A stretch of 64,000 bases of DNA, taken from positions 4,384,001 through 4,448,000 of the forward strand of contig OZ251997.1 of assembly GCA_965247095.1 (NCBI GenBank), written 5' to 3'. Positions 19,901 through 31,291 of this stretch are shown one piece after another. The notes beneath the pieces were generated by a model that was not told where the DNA came from, ran no database searches, and worked only from the letters and a program-made list of their open reading frames with translations. The stretch's first letter is position 1; the number at the start of each line of letters is the position of its first letter. The DNA comes from Candidatus Multivorans sp. Its GTDB lineage: Bacteria > Acidobacteriota > Thermoanaerobaculia > Multivoradales > Multivoraceae. Made by a program: the position numbers and the translations under genes.

Positions 19901-20137
19901 TTGTGGTTCAACAACTTGACCGGTCCGGTGCCGCCCGAGCTCGGTCGTCTCACGGCGTTGACGGAAATCTACATCCACGGCACAGAGCTCTCGGGCCCCC
20001 TCCCGGACGAACTGCTCGACATCGGTGAACTCGCGGCGTTCTGGTTCCATGGCAGCAGCCTGTGCGCTCCGGCAACCGCCGAGTTCGACGAGTGGCTCGA
20101 CGGCATCGAAGACTGGCGGGGCGACCGCTGCGAGTAG
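16930..20137 (+). pseudogene. Large secreted metzincin protease + FN3 + Cys-rich + PPC + LRR protein, split by a +1 frameshift (or a sequencing error)
   Basis: HELGHAIGLAH at 18112-18144 with an SLM Met-turn, followed by FN3 and PPC domains. The LRRs (LxxLxLxxNxLTGxIP) continue in another frame after GGGG at 19489-19492. Start codon uncertain. Confidence 0.75.
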
Positions 20138-20180
20138 GAGCTTGCGCGGCGGAAACCCGCGTCGTGCCGAGTTCCGGCCC

Positions 20181-20212
20181 CCTGGGAACGCGGGCATCCT
20201 GCCCGCATCTGG
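20181..20212 (+). repeat. REP-like family A hairpin
   Basis: CCTGGGAACGCGGGCATCCTGCCCGCATCTGG, between convergent genes. Confidence 0.85.
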
Positions 20213-20222
20213 CGCTCAGGGG

Positions 20223-21608
<1,386 letters not shown>

Positions 21609-21614
21609 CTACTA

Positions 21615-21646
21615 CCGGATGCGGGCAGGATGCCCGCGTTCCCAGG
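21615..21646 (-). repeat. REP-like family A hairpin
   Basis: Reverse complement of CCTGGGAACGCGGGCATCCTGCCCGCATCCGG. Confidence 0.85.
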
Positions 21647-21702
21647 GGTGTCGCGGCCGCCGGCGCAGTAAGATGCGCCGGTTCCAAGAGAGGGGATTGC
21701 GC

Positions 21703-23724
21703 ATGTCCAGGGCGGCGAATGGTCTTGTTCTTGTGCTGTTCGTGTCCGTCGCCGTGCCGGCGACAGCCCAACGCGGCACGGAAGGCGGGGAGTGGCCGCA
21801 CTACGCCGGCGACAGCGGCGCCACGAAGTACTCGCCCCTGGATCAGATCGACGCCGAGAACTTCGCGCAGTTGGAGATCGCCTGGAGCTGGGAGTCGGCC
21901 GACGCCCTGCTGAAGGACAAGACCGACCTGGTGCCGGGGCACTACCGGGGCACGCCGCTGATGATCGAGGGCGTCGTCTACATGTCGACCGGCCTGGGTC
22001 AGGTGGCGGCGCTCGATCCGGCCACCGGCGAGACGCTGTGGCGGCACGATCCCCGGGACTGGGAGGTCGATCAACGACGCGGGCTGATGCAGAACCGGGG
22101 CCTCGAGTACTGGAGCGACGGCGAGGCGGCACGCATCCTGGTCGCGGCCCGAGGCGGGCGGCTGGTCTCGATCGATACGAAGACGGGCAAGCCCGACGCG
22201 GATTTCGGCGAGGAGGGCGTCGTCGACCTGATGCAGGGTCTACTGCCCGGACGCGCGAACCGAAACATGAACTGGACCGCGCCGGTGACCGTGGTTGCCG
22301 ACACCATCGTCGTCGGCGGGACGATCTTCGACTTCCCGCTGCGCAACACGAATCCGCCGGGGGACATCCGCGGCTTCGACATCAGGACCGGCGAGCTGAA
22401 GTGGACGTTCCACAGCGTGCCCCGGGAGGGCGAGCCCTACATCGAGACCTGGGAGAACGAGTCCTGGAGGAAGATGGGCAACACGAACGTCTGGTCGATG
22501 ATGAGCGCCGACCAGGAACTCGGCTACGTCTACATGCCCTTCGGCACGCCGACCAACGACTACTACGGCGGCGAGCGGCACGGCGACAACGTGTACGCCG
22601 AGTCGGTCGTCTGCCTCGATGCGCGCACCGGCGAGGTCGTCTGGCACTTCCAGACCATCCACCACGGCGTCTGGGACTACGACCTGGCTTCGGCGCCGAA
22701 CCTGATCGACATCACGGTCGACGGCAAGGACATCAAGGCGGTCGCGGTGGTCTCCAAGGCCGGCATGACCTACGTCTTCGACCGGGCCACGGGGGAACAC
22801 GTCTGGCCGATCGTCGAAGCGCCGGTCAACTACCACTCCCAGGTGCCGGGCGAGAAGCTGTCGCGCACCCAGCCGTTCACCACCCGGCCGCGGCCGTTCG
22901 AGACCCTCGGCATCGACTACGAGGACCTGATCGACTTCACGCCGGAGCTGCGGGCCGAGGCGCTGAAGGTGATCCGGGACTACGTGATCGGCCCGCTCTT
23001 CACGCCGCCGATCATCCACGGCGAGGACGGCAAGCGCGCCTACCTCCAGAACCCGGGCCCCGGCGGCGGCGCGAACTGGACCGGCGCGTCCTACGACCCG
23101 GAGACCGACATCCTCTACGTGCCTTCGCTGACCCGGCCCGGGGCGATCTCGCTCTCGGCGCCCGACGCGGCGCGCTCGGACTGGCGGTACGTCATCAACC
23201 GTCGCGCCATGCCCCTGGTGCAGGGCCTGCCCCTGCTCAAGCCGCCGTACCGCCGGATCACCGCGATCGACATGAACCGCGGCGAGATCGTGTGGCAGGC
23301 GCCGCTCGGGGACGGCCCGCGCAACCACCCGGCGATCAGGCATCTGAACCTGGGCCGCCTGGGCACGCCGCCGCAGGACGGGGTCGTCACCGAGGGCGGC
23401 GTGCTGGTGACCAGGACGCTGGTCGTCTCCATTGAGCCGATCCTCGACGAACTGGGCGACCGGGCGGCCACCGGCAGCTACCTCGACGCCTTCGACAAGG
23501 CGACCGGGGCACTGCTGGCCCAGGTCGAGGTCGACCGCGCCCTCCACAGCTCGCCGATGACCTACATGCACGAGGGCCGCCAGTACATCCTCGTCGCCAG
23601 CGGCGGCGAGAGCCCGGGCCCCGGCGTACCCGTCGAAGCCACGGCCGCCGTCGACGCAGCGCCGCGGCCCAAGCGCCAGCCCCCACGCAAATCCGAACTG
23701 CTCGCCTTCGCGTTGCCTGAATAG
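21703..23724 (+). CDS. PQQ-dependent (quinoprotein glucose-dehydrogenase-like) dehydrogenase
   Basis: Signal peptide, WPHYAGD..TKYSPLDQI, HHGVWDYD, GGANW and PMTYMHEGRQYI motifs. Confidence 0.9.
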   Translation: MSRAANGLVLVLFVSVAVPATAQRGTEGGEWPHYAGDSGATKYSPLDQIDAENFAQLEIAWSWESADALLKDKTDLVPGHYRGTPLMIEGVVYMSTGLGQVAALDPATGETLWRHDPRDWEVDQRRGLMQNRGLEYWSDGEAARILVAARGGRLVSIDTKTGKPDADFGEEGVVDLMQGLLPGRANRNMNWTAPVTVVADTIVVGGTIFDFPLRNTNPPGDIRGFDIRTGELKWTFHSVPREGEPYIETWENESWRKMGNTNVWSMMSADQELGYVYMPFGTPTNDYYGGERHGDNVYAESVVCLDARTGEVVWHFQTIHHGVWDYDLASAPNLIDITVDGKDIKAVAVVSKAGMTYVFDRATGEHVWPIVEAPVNYHSQVPGEKLSRTQPFTTRPRPFETLGIDYEDLIDFTPELRAEALKVIRDYVIGPLFTPPIIHGEDGKRAYLQNPGPGGGANWTGASYDPETDILYVPSLTRPGAISLSAPDAARSDWRYVINRRAMPLVQGLPLLKPPYRRITAIDMNRGEIVWQAPLGDGPRNHPAIRHLNLGRLGTPPQDGVVTEGGVLVTRTLVVSIEPILDELGDRAATGSYLDAFDKATGALLAQVEVDRALHSSPMTYMHEGRQYILVASGGESPGPGVPVEATAAVDAAPRPKRQPPRKSELLAFALPE

Positions 23725-23778
23725 CGTCGCCGGAGTCGGAGTCGACGACGGCGGCGTGGCGCGGTTGTGCCGCCGGCG

Positions 23779-25182
23779 CTACGCGGTGAGGCCGGCCAGC
23801 GGGCCGACGAGGTCGATGTAGTCGCCGCGCTGGCCGTAGGTGTGGCTGAGGCCGACGCGGTCGATGTCGAGGCCCATGGCGCGGGCGACGCTGACGAGGA
23901 GTCGCTGGTGGGGGATGCCGGCGAACTTCGTTGTGCCGCCCGGCAGGAGCTGGATCGGAACCCGCATCTCGGCGGGCGTGTTGTGGGGCCAGTACATGTA
24001 GCGGCCGCCCTTGAAGGCCCAGGCGCCGCCGATGAGCACGGGGCAGTAGTGGCGGTAGCCGTGCCAGCCGTCTCCAAGTTCGGAGCCCCAGACGATCAGG
24101 GTGTTGTCCATCAGTGAGCCGCCGCCGGCATCCGGGATCGCCTCGAGCGTGCTGACGAGCCGCGCGACCTGCTCGGCGTGGAACTCGACGTAGTCCGTCA
24201 TCGCGGCGTGCTTGCGCGCGTCGTCGTGGATGTAGTGGGCGATGCCCTTGTGCACCTTGTCGCTGATGTGGTCGGCCCCGAACTCGGCGGTCGGCATCTC
24301 GCCGAGCGAGAACGAGACGACGCGGGTGATGTCGCAACTGAAGGCCGCGGCGATGGTGTCGACGAAGGCGTCGAACTGCAGGTCGTAGCGGTCGAACGAG
24401 GCGGCCGGCCGCGGCGGCGCCTCGCAGGAGAGAGTCGCGAGACCCTCGAGCCGTCGCCCAAGCCGATCGACGAGCCCGAAGTGGGACTCGAGCCGGGCGC
24501 GGTCGTTGGCGTCGAAGCGCGCGGCCACGGCACGGTACTCCTGGTAGGCGAAGTCGAGCGTGCTGCGGCGATAGGCGCCGACCTTGTCGCCGGATGAGGC
24601 CGGCCCGAACACCCGGTTCCAGGCCCGCAGCGGCGTGTTCTCAGCCGGCAGGCGAACGCCGCCGCTGTTGTAGCTGATGGGCCGACCCGCCTCGAGCGCC
24701 GCATCGACGCTGACTTCCAGCGAAGGCAGCCGGTCGGGCCGCGCGATGTGCACCGCGACGAGCTGGTCAAGCGAAGCGGAGGTGGAGCGCGTGTCGCGGG
24801 AGGAGAAGTCGGCGGTGTTGCCGGTCCAGGCGTGAACCCAGCCGCGGTCGTGCCGGTTGCCGCCGACGTCGAGCTCGGCGGTCGCCAGGGAGAGGCCGTC
24901 GAGCGCGAGCACGCGGCGCCGGTGCTCGTAGAGCGGCGCCAGCGGCTTGCTGAACGCGGACTTGGGCAACGGTTCCAGGTCGAGCGCCCAGGGCGCCGCT
25001 TCGGAGGCGCCCTCCGGACGCATCCTCCAGGTGGCGTAGGGCCAGCCGTGGCAGTGGCTGATCAGGATCAGCCGCCGCGTCTGTTCGGGGCTCTGGGCCA
25101 GGGCGCGCAGCGCGCCGCCGGGCCATCCGGCGCCAAGCGCGGTGAGCCCTCCGAGCTGAAGGAGGTGGCGTCGCGTGATCAT
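23779..25182 (-). CDS. DUF1552-family Tat-exported protein
   Basis: TRRHLL Tat signal, SLDQLVA, FSCDITRV and SLMDNTLIVWGSE.G.G.H motifs. Confidence 0.8.
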   Translation of the reverse strand: MITRRHLLQLGGLTALGAGWPGGALRALAQSPEQTRRLILISHCHGWPYATWRMRPEGASEAAPWALDLEPLPKSAFSKPLAPLYEHRRRVLALDGLSLATAELDVGGNRHDRGWVHAWTGNTADFSSRDTRSTSASLDQLVAVHIARPDRLPSLEVSVDAALEAGRPISYNSGGVRLPAENTPLRAWNRVFGPASSGDKVGAYRRSTLDFAYQEYRAVAARFDANDRARLESHFGLVDRLGRRLEGLATLSCEAPPRPAASFDRYDLQFDAFVDTIAAAFSCDITRVVSFSLGEMPTAEFGADHISDKVHKGIAHYIHDDARKHAAMTDYVEFHAEQVARLVSTLEAIPDAGGGSLMDNTLIVWGSELGDGWHGYRHYCPVLIGGAWAFKGGRYMYWPHNTPAEMRVPIQLLPGGTTKFAGIPHQRLLVSVARAMGLDIDRVGLSHTYGQRGDYIDLVGPLAGLTA

Positions 25183-25230
25183 CGGCCTTCTCTTCGTCAG
25201 TTCCCGTGGGCTGTCGGCGTGGCGGTCATC

Positions 25231-27678
25231 TCAGCGCGGCGTAATGCCAAGCTCGTCGCGGATGATCGAGAAGTCGAAGGGCGCGGCCCCGCCGGCGCGT
25301 TGCTCCATGTTCTCCATGTGCTTGAGCAGCAGATCGACCTCTCTGCGTCCGGCGGCTGTCCGCGCGAATTCTCGCGGCGTCTCCTGGCCCAGGGCCGGCA
25401 GCGGCAGGTCGGGCCACTCCGCGTAGTGGCGCGCCTTGTGCTCCGCGGCAAATCGCTCGTCCTCGGGTGAGGGCGCCGGCAGCGACGGCGCTTCTCCGAC
25501 GGCTGAGCCGAACGCGAACGGATTGGTCTGCTCTCGCGCGCGGTGTCGGATGCGGGCGCCGCATGCCGCCTCGAGGCGCTCCCGCAGCGCGTCGGCCCGC
25601 GCTTCGGAGTTCGTCTCGGTCCGCAGCGCCGTCGGTTCGAGCCGGGTGATACCGAGGACCGTCCTCTGGCCTTCTGGCAGCGTTCCGTCATAGGCGCCTA
25701 GGAAGACGTAGGTCGCCGCCCCGTCTTCGGCGCCTTCCTCGATGAAGCCCTCAAGTTGCGCGATGATCCGGCCAATTTCGGTCATCGTTCCGGGCAGGAC
25801 CTCGAATCGGTCCACCGTCTGCGTCAGCAGGTCGCCGTCCCGGTTGCGCAGTTCCCGCGGCAGCGATCGCCGTATGCGGAGTTCTTCGAGGGCGTCGATC
25901 CAGTAGCGGATGAGGGCGCGGCCAAAGGCCGCGTCCCGGAGTCGCTCGACCGGCACGTCCCGCTTGCGGCGTAGCCGGCGCCGAGCACGATCGACCACGT
26001 CGTGCGCCTCGAACGGGTTCAGCACGCCGCTGTGGATGCCGGCGAGCAGCGAGAGACCGTCGTGGTCCACGACTCGGGCCAGCAGCGCGTCACGCACCAC
26101 GACGATCTTGGAAGCACTCCTTTCCAACACCGTGCGCCGTTCGCCCGAGAGTAGATCGCGCAGGGTCAGCGACCTTCCCGCCTCGACGGCCTCCACTTCC
26201 CATACCGAGAGCCACGCGGCGCGTTGCGCCTCCAGCCAGTCTCGTTCCGCCGCCGTGCAACGGCGGCCATGCGCCGTGAGGTAGGCATCGACCACCGTGG
26301 TTCCGTTGGCCTCGAAAGAAAAGACCGACAAGGGGTAGGTGAGAAAGACGGAGTCGCTTTCGGCGGCCAGGTCGTCCTGGAATCTCCACCACTCTTCGCC
26401 GAATTCCCGCGTCGCGAAGTTCCGTAGATCGCCGAGGAGCCGTGCGTCCATCTCGTGCGTCGCGGTCGCGCGCCGACCCTCGGCATGCTCGGCCTCATCG
26501 GTCCGCAGGTGGCACTTCTTGTACTTGCGGCCGCTGCCGCAGGGACACGGTTCGTTGCGCTCCGCCCGCGGGCGGAACGGCTCGTTCGGCAGCGCCCATG
26601 CGATTCGGTCGACGAACTCATCTCCGACGAACTCCTCGTTCTCGGAACCGGCCGGCTCGAAGTCCGGCAAGCGGTCGCAGGCCGCGGAGAGCACCACCTC
26701 CCGTTCCTTGTCGTCGAAGTGCGACACGCGGACGGGGGCGAACGTCTCGGCGCTGAGAATCGCCGCGTGCTTTCCGAGGAACGCCGTGAGAACCTGCGCG
26801 CAGGCTGTGGCGATCTCCACGTCGCGCGCCGCGAGCGGCCGGGAAACGCTGTCCGGGCCGCGACGTTGCACCAGCGGATAGGCGTTCGCGCTGTGCGCGC
26901 GCCATCCGTGTTCCATCGCCTCGCGTCGCATCGACCGCGGCAGAGCGGCGACGGATTCGAAGGTGAGGGAGAGCACATCGGAACCCAGGAAGCCGTCTTC
27001 GTAGGCGCGCGCTTTGGAGGCGTCGAGGAACGCATAGAAGTCGTCGAGGGAGGGGAAGATCAGTATGCCGTTCACGTCGCCGAGCTGGCCGATGATCGAC
27101 ACGCAGGCGCCGTCGACGCCGAGGGCAGGGATGTCCAAACGCAGGATGGGCGGTTCGTCGCCGAGCGCCCACGGCTCGAGCGCGTACAGTGCGTTGCCGG
27201 CCGAGAACAGCGCCTCAACCGCTACGGCCGGCACCCGACCTTCCGCCAGGTAGCTTCCTTCGATGTCCCTGTCATCCGCCTCCATTGCTTCGCACAGCTC
27301 CTCGAAGAGATCGTCGAGTTCCGGCGTGGGAGCGACCGTTACCGGAATGTCGCCGGCTGTCTCCGCCCGCACTTCGTCGACGATCGAGGCGTTGGCGACA
27401 CGAATGGCGTCGGGCCGCCGGGGCGGTCCGACCGCCGGTTGGGCGACGGCGGCGCGCAGCGTGCGCGCAACGGCGCCGTCGCCTTCCCCGGGCGCGACGA
27501 GCCCTTGGCCGACGATCAGGCCCTCCGGCAGTTCGAGCCAGAGAACGAAATCGGGACGGTACGGCTCGGAGTGATCATCGACGAAAAAGGGCGCCGTGAA
27601 GACGCCGCCGACCCACTCGTTTCCGTTTGGGGCGCCCGCGCGGCGAGACCGCCGGGCTGTGGCGCGTCGAAGCGTCAC
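25231..27678 (-). CDS. SEC-C motif protein with a C-terminal MbcA/ParS-like motif
   Basis: RNEPCPCGSGRKYKKCH and C-terminal WPDLPLPALGQETPRE. The start (GTG 27678) is inferred. Confidence 0.75.
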   Translation of the reverse strand: MTLRRATARRSRRAGAPNGNEWVGGVFTAPFFVDDHSEPYRPDFVLWLELPEGLIVGQGLVAPGEGDGAVARTLRAAVAQPAVGPPRRPDAIRVANASIVDEVRAETAGDIPVTVAPTPELDDLFEELCEAMEADDRDIEGSYLAEGRVPAVAVEALFSAGNALYALEPWALGDEPPILRLDIPALGVDGACVSIIGQLGDVNGILIFPSLDDFYAFLDASKARAYEDGFLGSDVLSLTFESVAALPRSMRREAMEHGWRAHSANAYPLVQRRGPDSVSRPLAARDVEIATACAQVLTAFLGKHAAILSAETFAPVRVSHFDDKEREVVLSAACDRLPDFEPAGSENEEFVGDEFVDRIAWALPNEPFRPRAERNEPCPCGSGRKYKKCHLRTDEAEHAEGRRATATHEMDARLLGDLRNFATREFGEEWWRFQDDLAAESDSVFLTYPLSVFSFEANGTTVVDAYLTAHGRRCTAAERDWLEAQRAAWLSVWEVEAVEAGRSLTLRDLLSGERRTVLERSASKIVVVRDALLARVVDHDGLSLLAGIHSGVLNPFEAHDVVDRARRRLRRKRDVPVERLRDAAFGRALIRYWIDALEELRIRRSLPRELRNRDGDLLTQTVDRFEVLPGTMTEIGRIIAQLEGFIEEGAEDGAATYVFLGAYDGTLPEGQRTVLGITRLEPTALRTETNSEARADALRERLEAACGARIRHRAREQTNPFAFGSAVGEAPSLPAPSPEDERFAAEHKARHYAEWPDLPLPALGQETPREFARTAAGRREVDLLLKHMENMEQRAGGAAPFDFSIIRDELGITPR

Positions 27679-27731
27679 GCGGCTGAACTGCCGAAGTTTG
27701 ATCGAGAGATCATGGTTTGCGGTTCCTGAGA

Positions 27732-29552
27732 TTATCCCGGCCTGGTGCGGAAGATGTCGCTGGCGGCGATCGAGACCAGCAGCTCCTTGATGGAGTCGTC
27801 CTCGCGGAAGCTCTGCTGGATCGACTCGATGCCGGGCGCTGTGCGCTCCAGTTGGTTGCCGAGAGCGTAGCGCGTCCAGTGGAGCGCGTAGCAGTCCCGC
27901 ACGCGATTGCTGGCTGCGAGCTGGTGTGCGAAATCGACGCCGTCGGTGAAGACGAGCTTCTCGGCGCCGGGCAGTCGAAGGGCGCCGCTGCCGTCGACCG
28001 GTTGCCCGTTGTCCTCGGCTCGCCAGGCGCCCATCGCGTCGTAGTGCTCGAAAGCGAATCCGGCCGGATTGATCCGCCGGTGGCAGGAGTTGCAGGTCCG
28101 CGGCTTGGTGGCGGCCGCGGTCCGCTCGCGATTCGTGCTCTCGGCGCTTAAGGTGTCCGGCGGCAGTGCGGTTTCGGCGCCTTCCGTGGGCTCGCCCAGT
28201 TCCATGCAGGCGATGCGTTCCAGGATGCGGACGCCTCTGGGAATCGGCCCCGGCTGCACCGCGTAGGCGCCGATCGCGAGTACCGAAGGCAGCGTCAGGA
28301 GCCCGGCGCGGCGGTCGGAGTCGAACTCGGCCGGATAGAGCGTGAGCGGCGCCTTGCGTCCGATCGATGCGGAGACGTATTCGATCTGCCGCGTCACGCT
28401 GGGGCGGCCTTCGCTGCGCGTTGCGCTGGCGCCGTAGATCGGCGCCGTGGCGTCCGACACATAGCCGTGGTTGCCGGTCATGAGCGCGGTGAACGTCCCA
28501 TCGCCGTCGAAGATCGCCTCTTCGACGAAGAGTTCCGTCTCCAGCTTCATCGAGTGGCGGATCGGACCCATGATCGCCGGCCACTTCGTGTCGTCGTCGC
28601 GCGCGTTCTTGAGCGCCCGCGAGATTCCGAACCGTGGTCCGAAGGCGCGCCGCGCGGGTGCGATCAGGAGGACCTGGTCGGTGCCCAACCACTGGTGATG
28701 GAAATGAACGAGGGCGGACCGGGCCCTGTCGTCGTCGAGCATCCGGCGGGCCTGGCGCTCGACGCCTTCGGAACCGGTGAGGTCGCCGGAACGGGCCGCT
28801 GCGAAGAGCTCCTCGTCGGGCATCGAGTCCCAGAGAAAGTAGGAAAGCCGGGTCGCGAGTTCCCAGGGGTCGAGTTCGGGTTTCGCGTCCGTCGACGAAG
28901 TGTCAGGTACCAGCTTGAAGTGAAACGCCGGCGCCTGCAGGATGCCGGCGACGGTGAGCGCGACCGCCTCGTCCGGAGGTCCGTTCTTGAGGTTCGCCTG
29001 CCAGAACGCTTCGATGCGGTCGGTCTCCTCGGCGGGTAGCGGCCGGCGGTAGGCACGCTCGGCGAAACGGAGAAGACTCGAGGTGGCGCACGCCTCCTTC
29101 TCTTCGGCCGGTAGTCCAGCCCAGTCGGAGCAGGTGAAGAAGGTCGGGGAGAGCAGGGCGAAGGGACCGAAGTGCATGGCCGCGAGGTGGAGTTCCTCGA
29201 CCTGGTAGGAAGACGGACTCTGGCCCTGGACGATGCCCTCGAAGCCGTCGGAGCCGGGCTCGGCCGGGAAGTGCCATGGCCACGGGTCAGGCGGCGGCGG
29301 CGGCGCGAAGACACCCTTGCTCGCCGTGCGGCGAGGGCTCAACCGGTCGGCGATGGGCGGGCGCTTGGGCCACTTCTCGCCGTCTCTCGGGAAGCCGAGC
29401 AGGTCGGCGATCGTGTTGTTGTACTCGGTCGGCGTCAGCGCCAGGGGGGCCGTCCCGTGGGCTTCGCCCGGTTCCCCCGACTCTGCCGCTGCCGGAAGGG
29501 CGAAGCCGGCGGCGCAGAGCAGCACCAGGACCGTGCTGAGGTCGAACTTCAT
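27732..29552 (-). CDS. DUF1592/DUF1588/DUF1595/DUF1585 (PSD-domain) protein
   Basis: LTPTEYNNTIADL, FAERAYRRP, LATRLSYFLWDSMPD, RAGLLT, CNSCH and FEHYDAMG motifs. Confidence 0.88.
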   Translation of the reverse strand: MKFDLSTVLVLLCAAGFALPAAAESGEPGEAHGTAPLALTPTEYNNTIADLLGFPRDGEKWPKRPPIADRLSPRRTASKGVFAPPPPPDPWPWHFPAEPGSDGFEGIVQGQSPSSYQVEELHLAAMHFGPFALLSPTFFTCSDWAGLPAEEKEACATSSLLRFAERAYRRPLPAEETDRIEAFWQANLKNGPPDEAVALTVAGILQAPAFHFKLVPDTSSTDAKPELDPWELATRLSYFLWDSMPDEELFAAARSGDLTGSEGVERQARRMLDDDRARSALVHFHHQWLGTDQVLLIAPARRAFGPRFGISRALKNARDDDTKWPAIMGPIRHSMKLETELFVEEAIFDGDGTFTALMTGNHGYVSDATAPIYGASATRSEGRPSVTRQIEYVSASIGRKAPLTLYPAEFDSDRRAGLLTLPSVLAIGAYAVQPGPIPRGVRILERIACMELGEPTEGAETALPPDTLSAESTNRERTAAATKPRTCNSCHRRINPAGFAFEHYDAMGAWRAEDNGQPVDGSGALRLPGAEKLVFTDGVDFAHQLAASNRVRDCYALHWTRYALGNQLERTAPGIESIQQSFREDDSIKELLVSIAASDIFRTRPG

Positions 29553-29655
29553 GGTTGATGGCGTAGGTTAGCGGCTCCGGTGCACCTGAAGTTGTAACAC
29601 TGTATCAGGCTGCCCCTTCGGTACGCAGCCGCGGCGTTTCGCTAGAGGTGAGTTG

Positions 29656-31233
29656 CTACTTGGGGTCTCGCGCGGCGCTGCCCGAGGTGCGCAGGATGAA
29701 GCCGTCGAGCGTTTCCTTCCACTGCGGCAGCAGAGACTGCTCCACGTACATCATGTGCCCGGCGGCGAAGTCCTCACGCTGGATGTTGGCCCTAAGCTCC
29801 GGCGGCAGACCCATGTGGTCGAGCGTCCAGACAGCCGCGAAGTAGGGCGTCGCCAGGTCGTACAGGCCGTTGATCAAGAGCACTTCGAGTTCTGGATTCC
29901 GGCGCATTGCGGCGGCAAGGTCGGGGGCGACGTTCGGTGTACCGTCGCCGCGCGAGAAGCGGCCTGCGTTCACCCGCCCCCAGTTCCAGTCGCGGACGAC
30001 GCCGCTCGGAACATACTCGCGGTCGCCGTCGTAGCCGAGCTCGCTCCGCAGGTAGCTGTTGAACGCCGACGTGTAGGCCGAGCTGATCGCCGTGGACTGC
30101 GGATCGTGGGAAGGCCGGGCCTCCAGCGCGTCCCCCGCCGGGCCGGTGAAGCGCGCGTCCAGGCGGCCGACGATCTTCCCTTCGTCGCGCAGCAACTCGG
30201 CCTCGAAGGCCGGAGCAGTCACCCGCAGGTCCGACTTGTCGAGGAAGTCGCGCGAGAGCCCGGTGTAGCGGTGCAGGCGGTCGACCACCCGGGCGCGAGT
30301 GTCCGGGCCGAGCGTGCTGCCCCGAAGCAACGCGGTGGCGTACTCGGTGAGCGCCCATTCCTCGACGTCGGCCATCAGGGTCTCGAGGTCCGCCGGGGCT
30401 CCCTCCGGCAGCGCGTCCAGGTAGCGGGCGGCAATGGCGTAGGACGGCAGGTTGACGATGTAGGGGAGGTCTTCGCCGGGCGCGAACTGGATCGTGTTGA
30501 ACTGCAGGACCGCCGAGACCAGGACGATGCCATTCAGGTCGATGTTCGCGCGCTGCAGGTGGGCGGCGAGCACCGCCGATCGGGTCGTGCCGTAGCTCTC
30601 GCCGAGCAGGTACCGGGGCGAGTTCCAGCGGTCGTGCGCGCTGAGAAACCGCTGGATGAACTGGGCCAGCGACTTTGCGTCCTCGTCGATGCCCCAGTAA
30701 TCGGATCCCGGAGTCTCGCCCAGGGTATGGCTGAAGCCGGTGCCGATGGGGTCGACCATGACGATGTCGGCGATGTCGAGAAGCGTCCAGGCGTTGTCCT
30801 CGAGAGGGTAGGGCGGCGCTCCCTGCGGGCCGACATCGGGGGTCACGACCCGCCGCGGCCCCATGATCCCCATGTGCAGCCAGAAGGACGCGGAGCCGGG
30901 GCCTCCGTTGTAGGAGAACACCAGGGGGCGCTCCTGCGGCGCCGCGCCGTTCGTCCGGAAGTACGCCGTGTACCAGAGATGTGCGGCCGGGACGCCGTCG
31001 TCGTTGTCGAGTTCGATTCCGGTGACGACAGCGTCGTACTCAACCGTGTCGCCGCCGACATCGATCGAGTGGCTCGTCTCCCAGCGGCCGGGCGGAGGGG
31101 GCGTTTCGCCGACCGCCGATGCGCCGTCGCCTTCCTCCGCGAGCGCCGGGGCCGTCGCGGCCGCAACGGCGACGCAGATCAGGGCGAGGGCCGGTCTGGC
31201 TGCCGCGAGCCGCGGGAGGACGGAGAACGCCAT
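29656..31233 (-). CDS. Serine carboxypeptidase (S10 family), secreted
   Basis: NGGPGSAS, DPIGTGFS, GESYG, GLYDLATP and GHMMY motifs. Confidence 0.92.
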   Translation of the reverse strand: MAFSVLPRLAAARPALALICVAVAAATAPALAEEGDGASAVGETPPPPGRWETSHSIDVGGDTVEYDAVVTGIELDNDDGVPAAHLWYTAYFRTNGAAPQERPLVFSYNGGPGSASFWLHMGIMGPRRVVTPDVGPQGAPPYPLEDNAWTLLDIADIVMVDPIGTGFSHTLGETPGSDYWGIDEDAKSLAQFIQRFLSAHDRWNSPRYLLGESYGTTRSAVLAAHLQRANIDLNGIVLVSAVLQFNTIQFAPGEDLPYIVNLPSYAIAARYLDALPEGAPADLETLMADVEEWALTEYATALLRGSTLGPDTRARVVDRLHRYTGLSRDFLDKSDLRVTAPAFEAELLRDEGKIVGRLDARFTGPAGDALEARPSHDPQSTAISSAYTSAFNSYLRSELGYDGDREYVPSGVVRDWNWGRVNAGRFSRGDGTPNVAPDLAAAMRRNPELEVLLINGLYDLATPYFAAVWTLDHMGLPPELRANIQREDFAAGHMMYVEQSLLPQWKETLDGFILRTSGSAARDPK

Positions 31234-31291
31234 CGGGTTGGCGTATTGTAGCGCCCTGCCGGAAGTCGGCGGACCACGAGAGGGAGGATCC

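Noticed and set aside
27679-28692. N-terminal ~338 aa of the 1153-aa ORF 25231..28692, which could suggest a giant protein or a frameshift fusion with DUF1592
   Set aside because: It is an Arg/Gly-rich off-frame read of the DUF1592 gene on the same strand, typical of high-GC DNA. No slippery site was seen.
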